Assembly (NCBI GenBank): GCA_039096225.1 | Contig: JBBPEB010000015.1 | Location: 1,860,001 to 1,924,000, forward strand | Length of the DNA: 64,000 bases | Source of the DNA: Blastocystis sp. Blastoise | Lineage: Eukaryota > Protista > Bigyra: Opalinata | Direction of reading: 5' to 3' | Part shown: positions 58,901-64,000 of the stretch, piece after piece | Position numbering within the stretch: the stretch's first letter is position 1 | Layout: each line of letters starts with the position of its first letter | The notes under the pieces: model-generated | The model's input: the letters and a program-made list of their open reading frames with translations, nothing else | What the model was told of the DNA's origin: nothing | Database searches by the model: none | Translations under genes and position numbers: made by a program

Positions 58901-60282
58901 AGTCTGTTACTCTTTTTATATCTATAGACATGTATTGGAATAGGTATTTTCTATATTGTACCTCTATCTTTTGCTTATAAGAAACTTAATATATTCTTTG
59001 GAACACTTAATATACTACTTATTCTTCTTCTTCTTGGACTTGTGATGTGTATATATATATTACTATTCATAGATTATTATCATTAATATATATATATATA
59101 TATATATAGTATCCCAGTTTATTCAATCTTGGATTCAATCAGGATTTCTTCATTTTGTTTCTTGTTTTAAACCACTTTCCCACGGGAGACATCATGCATT
59201 ACTTGCAAATATGCATAAATCCCATGGAAATAAATATAAACAAGTGTCCTTAGTCCTTTCTATTGGTATTTATTAAGCTATAATCATTATAATCTTTAAA
59301 ATTATTATTCATTTATATATATATATAGGTATTTGTTTTGTAGTTTTTGTTAATTGTCTATTTGCATTAGAAGTATATATAGATATATATATATATATAT
59401 ATATATATGTTATCTATATATATATATATGCTATCTATATATATATATATAGTCTAAGATTCTAACATTATCAATAGCTAATACTTATCCAGGAGATATT
59501 TTAATCACTGGAAATACACTTCCCGAAGTATATATAATACTATTATATATATTTTTTTTGTAAATTGTTTTATTATTTAATTATTATTATATATAATTCT
59601 ATATTACTGTATATAGACGATAATAAATCCAATTTTAGATTATTATAAACAACAACCTTTTGAATATATCAAACGTATATATATATATATATATATATCT
59701 ATATATATATATTATTATTTCTATATAGATTCTATTTCTCTTCCTCCAGCTCTTGGTTCCCTCCCATTTATTTCCCCATTTTCACTCTCTTCTATTGCCG
59801 GTATCCCTTCATTTCCAGTTAAAATATATACATATCCACAAGATTATATCAATGTTATGTATATATATTATATATATTATATATATTATATATATATAGA
59901 AATCTATCATTACTCGTTCAAACAAAATCACGTGCAAACAAAGGAACACAAATCTTAAATGGATTATATAATGCTAAATATAATGATTATCCAATAAAAT
60001 ATGAATATAAAGATATATATAAAAATAATGATGCAACTTCTGGTACAATTATATATAGATATATATATAAATATATATAATATATATATATATAATATAT
60101 ATATATACATTAGGTCCAGAAGGTTCTATATCTCTATCGGATATATATACAAATATATTATATATTATTATACCTGATTATCTGCAGAAACAACTCACTT
60201 CAGATCTTGATATTCCCGTGATTATTAAAGTATCTAATACACTATATATATTATGAAATATTTATATGTTCTATATAAATTA

Positions 60283-60327
<45 letters not shown>

Positions 60328-61763
60328 GTAGTAATTTGAATATTGCATATACATTATTATCTTCTGTTTATGGATATATGTCCAGATTCCCAGGATTATT
60401 ATCATTTTCTTCTTATTCTATATATACAGATACTCCTGAAGTAATCATTACAAATGATGAATATATACATATTATTCAAGGGATATACAATAATTTATTT
60501 ATATATATATATTTTAAACATATATATCCTTAATATATCTGTTATATATAAATAAATATATACAGATTATTCAAGGTATATATAATAATTTATTTATATA
60601 TATAGATATGTATTCTATAACATCTCCTACTTCTCATTATATACATTCCCACGGTGATATCAATATACCTATATATTCTAAAGATGACTTAAATAGTGAT
60701 AAAAGTAAATAAATATATATTTTTCTTTTTATAAATTATTAGAATAAATATATATACATATTTCTGTGAATATATATATATATATAGATGGAATAGAGAT
60801 CGAGTCCCTATCAATATCTTCTCTTCCTATATCTACATATATAATCAAATTATTTCCTTCAATAACATCATTTCAAAGAGAATCTATTATTAATCGACTT
60901 GAAAGAGAGTATATATATTATTACTATTACTATAATTTGTTTTATTATTATTATATATATAATGAATAAAAATAATTAGAATTAATGATGATACGATAAT
61001 AATTACAGATGTTCCACAATTAACCGTGTTTATTGAAGATATTGATTTAGGATTAAATCTATTTAGTGTTTTTATTTGTATTCTTGATGGAATACTATTT
61101 TTATTTGCACTTTTAATTGTTTATACGTATGTATATATATAATTATTATATAGTCTATTACTTATTATATATATATAGGTCTACAATAACAGAGAATAGT
61201 AAGGAGATGGGAATATTACGATCTTTAGGAGTTAACCAATCACAATTATATGTCGTATATATATCTATATAATTAATATATACATAAATGTACAAATAGA
61301 ACTATATAATTAATATATAAATATATATATAGTTATATTTATACGATGGTTTATCTGTAGTCGTTTCTTCATATTTATTAGGAATATGTATTGGTATTAT
61401 ATCCGCGGTTATTCTTACAATTCAAACAGAATTGTATATATATATATATATATATTATATAATTCTTTATTATATATAGATTTACAGAAACACCTTTTAT
61501 TTTTGTATTTCCCACGGTTATTGTACTTGTATTCCTTGTTATCTGTGTTGTTGTGTCTATTTATATCCTTTTATTATTCTATATTTTATACTCAATATTT
61601 TATATTTTTTTAAAGAATTGAGTTAAATTGTTAATATATATAATATATTAGTAATATATATCTATATATTCCTTAATTATAATGTTTACTTGCGACAACT
61701 ATTCCTATTCTATTCTTCCTCAAAGTACCTATTGCTCAATTAGCAAGAGGAATTCAAAAATAA
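55944..61763 (+). CDS. FtsX/MacB-like duplicated permease (no ATPase domain); ~28 exons
   Basis: Two permease motifs, KTYEYGLLRSFG and NSKEMGILRSLG, each followed by transmembrane helices. N-terminal TM followed by RQVGESDIVL. Exons splice into one frame. Confidence 0.8.
56688..56741 (+). other. GC-AG intron (54 nt)
   Basis: AG|GCATAT..ATATAG|T restores the frame FADSDLEKNIGIG; the intron contains no GT. Confidence 0.8.
61563..61689 (+). other. U12-type AT-AC intron (127 nt, phase 1)
   Basis: Donor ATATCCTTT, branch TTCCTTAAT at 61669-61677, acceptor TTTAC. Splicing gives VVSIFATTIPILFFLKVPIAQLARGIQK*. Confidence 0.9.
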
Positions 61764-62051
61764 TTACAATATAATTATTATTATATATTGTTTACATTGA
61801 TGTCAATAGTTTTTTATTACTCTTTTTAATGTTATTTCTATAATAAGATCAATTCAATTATTGTTATAAATGGCTTTTACAATAATAATATATACTATAT
61901 ATTTTTTATAATAATAATAACAACAAACATTAATTTTTTACAGTAACTATAATGAACTTCAAAGAAGAATAGAAAGAAACAAGATAATAATAGTATATAA
62001 CAAATATCAATAAATTACAGGTATATAAAAATATCAAAAAGGAAAAAAAAA

Positions 62052-64000
62052 TTATTCAGAAGCAAATACTTCGATAGAATTAACTTTAGAAACACATATA
62101 TCTGAGACAGATGTAGAATAATTAAAAATACCATTACCATATTGATTTGGAATATTAAATGCATGTAATTCATTTACATAATTAGTAATACAAATAAGAT
62201 TATTATTTTTTTGTTTTGAAAGCACAAATCCACCGCAGAAACCAAAGAAGAAATTATTATTTGTAAAATGAGCTAATTCATATGTAGTTTTTGTATTTAA
62301 AAAACATGTTGGAGGGATTTGATGAGGGTTTATTAACGTAAATAAAAATGAATCTTTATCACATGAATATCCATAATTATCTAAAAGAATATATATAATA
62401 TATATATATATATAAACAATTTCAGAATTATATAATAGTATAAATAGATAGCTAGTTTAATATAATAAGAAGAATAATAAAGTAATAAAAATAATAATAT
62501 ATGTAAAATACTAAAAAATAATAAAATAAATAAATACTAATAATAATAATAGTATATATATATATACCTTGTTCTATCCAATGGATATCTTGATGATCCT
62601 GATTCCATCCTTTACTTGAATATCCTCCAAATAAATTCTTTTTTCCTTTAGTATCAATTGTCTCTACTAGTATATATACTTCCTTATTATGTAATTGATC
62701 TTTATATTCTTCATAATCAAATGTTTTTGTGTCCCTATAAGTAAAATAAAAATCATCAATATTATTATATAAATGAAATAAACAAATAAAAAAAAATAAT
62801 TATATTCTAATAATAATTATATATATTTATATACTTATTTAATAAAGACCATGATTGAATATAATTTCTAAATATATATAATTGTTGTTTCATTGAATCA
62901 TTTAATAATAAACTTTCATCAAATAAACGAATAGGAATACTAAATAATTTCAATTCTTCACTTAATCGATGAAAATCTATTGATTTCTCTTTAATTAATT
63001 CTATAGGAATTTCTTTTGTTTTTATATAACTTTCAATAATATTTGAATAAGATAATTGAATACTATATAATTCAAGTTTTTCTACTATATATTTAGAATT
63101 ATTCTTTAGAATAGTATCTGATAAATTATGTTCTTGTATATACTTATTAATACTACTTTCAGGATCAGATTGTGAAACAACTATTCTATATTCTTTCTGA
63201 ATAGAATTCATTGAATTAGTAGATTGATCTTTTTCTTCTTCTTGTATTTCATTATTTTCATTCTTTAAATATTTATTAATATTTTCATCTATATTCTTAT
63301 TTTCATCTATATTCTTATTTTTATCAATATTTTCATCTATATCTATATTTTCATCTTCATCTATATTTTCATCTATATTTTTATCTATATTCTTATTTTT
63401 ATCTATATTCTTATCTATATTCTTATCTATATTCTTATTTTCATCTATATTTTCAATATCTACTTTATCATCAACTTCATTTTCATCTTCTTCTTCACTT
63501 ATATTTTCATCTTCATCATCATTTACTTGACTATTTTGTTGATTATTTTCAGAAGACTGCATATACCAAGGGAATCTATATTTTTTACAAATAGATACAA
63601 TGCATTCAATATCATCCAAACTTAAATAACGACTATCTACTGATTTATCTTGAATAGAAAGACTGATTATATTCAAATACTCAAAGAATTTTTCTTTTGA
63701 ACAATAAGAATCATGTTCATAGTCATCCAGAATACTTTTACGAATCTCATCTACATATAACGTTGAATAAATCATTGATTTTTCCACAATCTTAACAAAA
63801 TCATCAATAAATGAATCGCCTTCTTCATAATCGTCTTCAGAATCCACAGGAATATTATCATCATGCATGAACTCCACTAAATCAGAAAAGTCCTTGTTAA
63901 ACTGTTTGATTATTGGTTTCATTTCATTTTCAAACGATCTAGAATCGTGTCTAAGACTCCTTGATATATCTTGAATTTGACTTATTGCTTTTTTATATGG
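62052..64000 (-). CDS. TLDc-domain protein with acidic (NIDK/ENID) repeats and possible degenerate BTB-like region; 5' end outside window
   Basis: FGGYSSKGW, DKDSFLFTLINPHQIPP, C-terminal IEVF. The frame stays open to the window edge; two GT-AG introns. Confidence 0.8.

Noticed and set aside
60524-60565. ATATCCTT resembling a U12 donor
   Set aside because: Joining it to the nearby AC or AG gives the wrong frame, and no branch site follows.

Overview
Very AT-rich (roughly 20% GC by eye), gene-dense, intron-rich eukaryotic nuclear DNA using the standard genetic code. The gene content and intron style suggest an anaerobic gut protist, possibly a Blastocystis-like stramenopile (inference only). 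By splicing exons by hand I reconstructed 18 protein genes: adenylosuccinate lyase (5' partial), a WxHD-motif protein, a membrane-anchored SMP-30/gluconolactonase, an acidic hypothetical protein, a TFIIF-alpha-like protein, GDP-glucose phosphorylase, an SLC35A transporter, a giant GH13-like/CBM48/GT5/CBM48 alpha-glucan synthase, Rab18, a secreted DUF2264 protein, an HSL-family hydrolase, TACO1/YebC, FRA10AC1, Vps33, a P4-ATPase, a TYW3-kelch-TYW2 fusion, an FtsX/MacB-like permease and a TLDc protein (5' partial). Most short ORFs in the supplied track are intronic microsatellite artefacts. The most notable signals concern splicing and DNA motifs. There are two complete and one partial U12-type AT-AC introns. 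Several introns lack a GT donor and instead start with a copy of the next exon's first bases. Many introns have self-complementary (TA)n ends, and intron length tends to rise from 5' to 3'. A CpG-centred quasi-palindrome (TTCCCRCGG/CCGYGGGAA) recurs inside exons. I recognised no rRNA, tRNA, CRISPR array or transposon.
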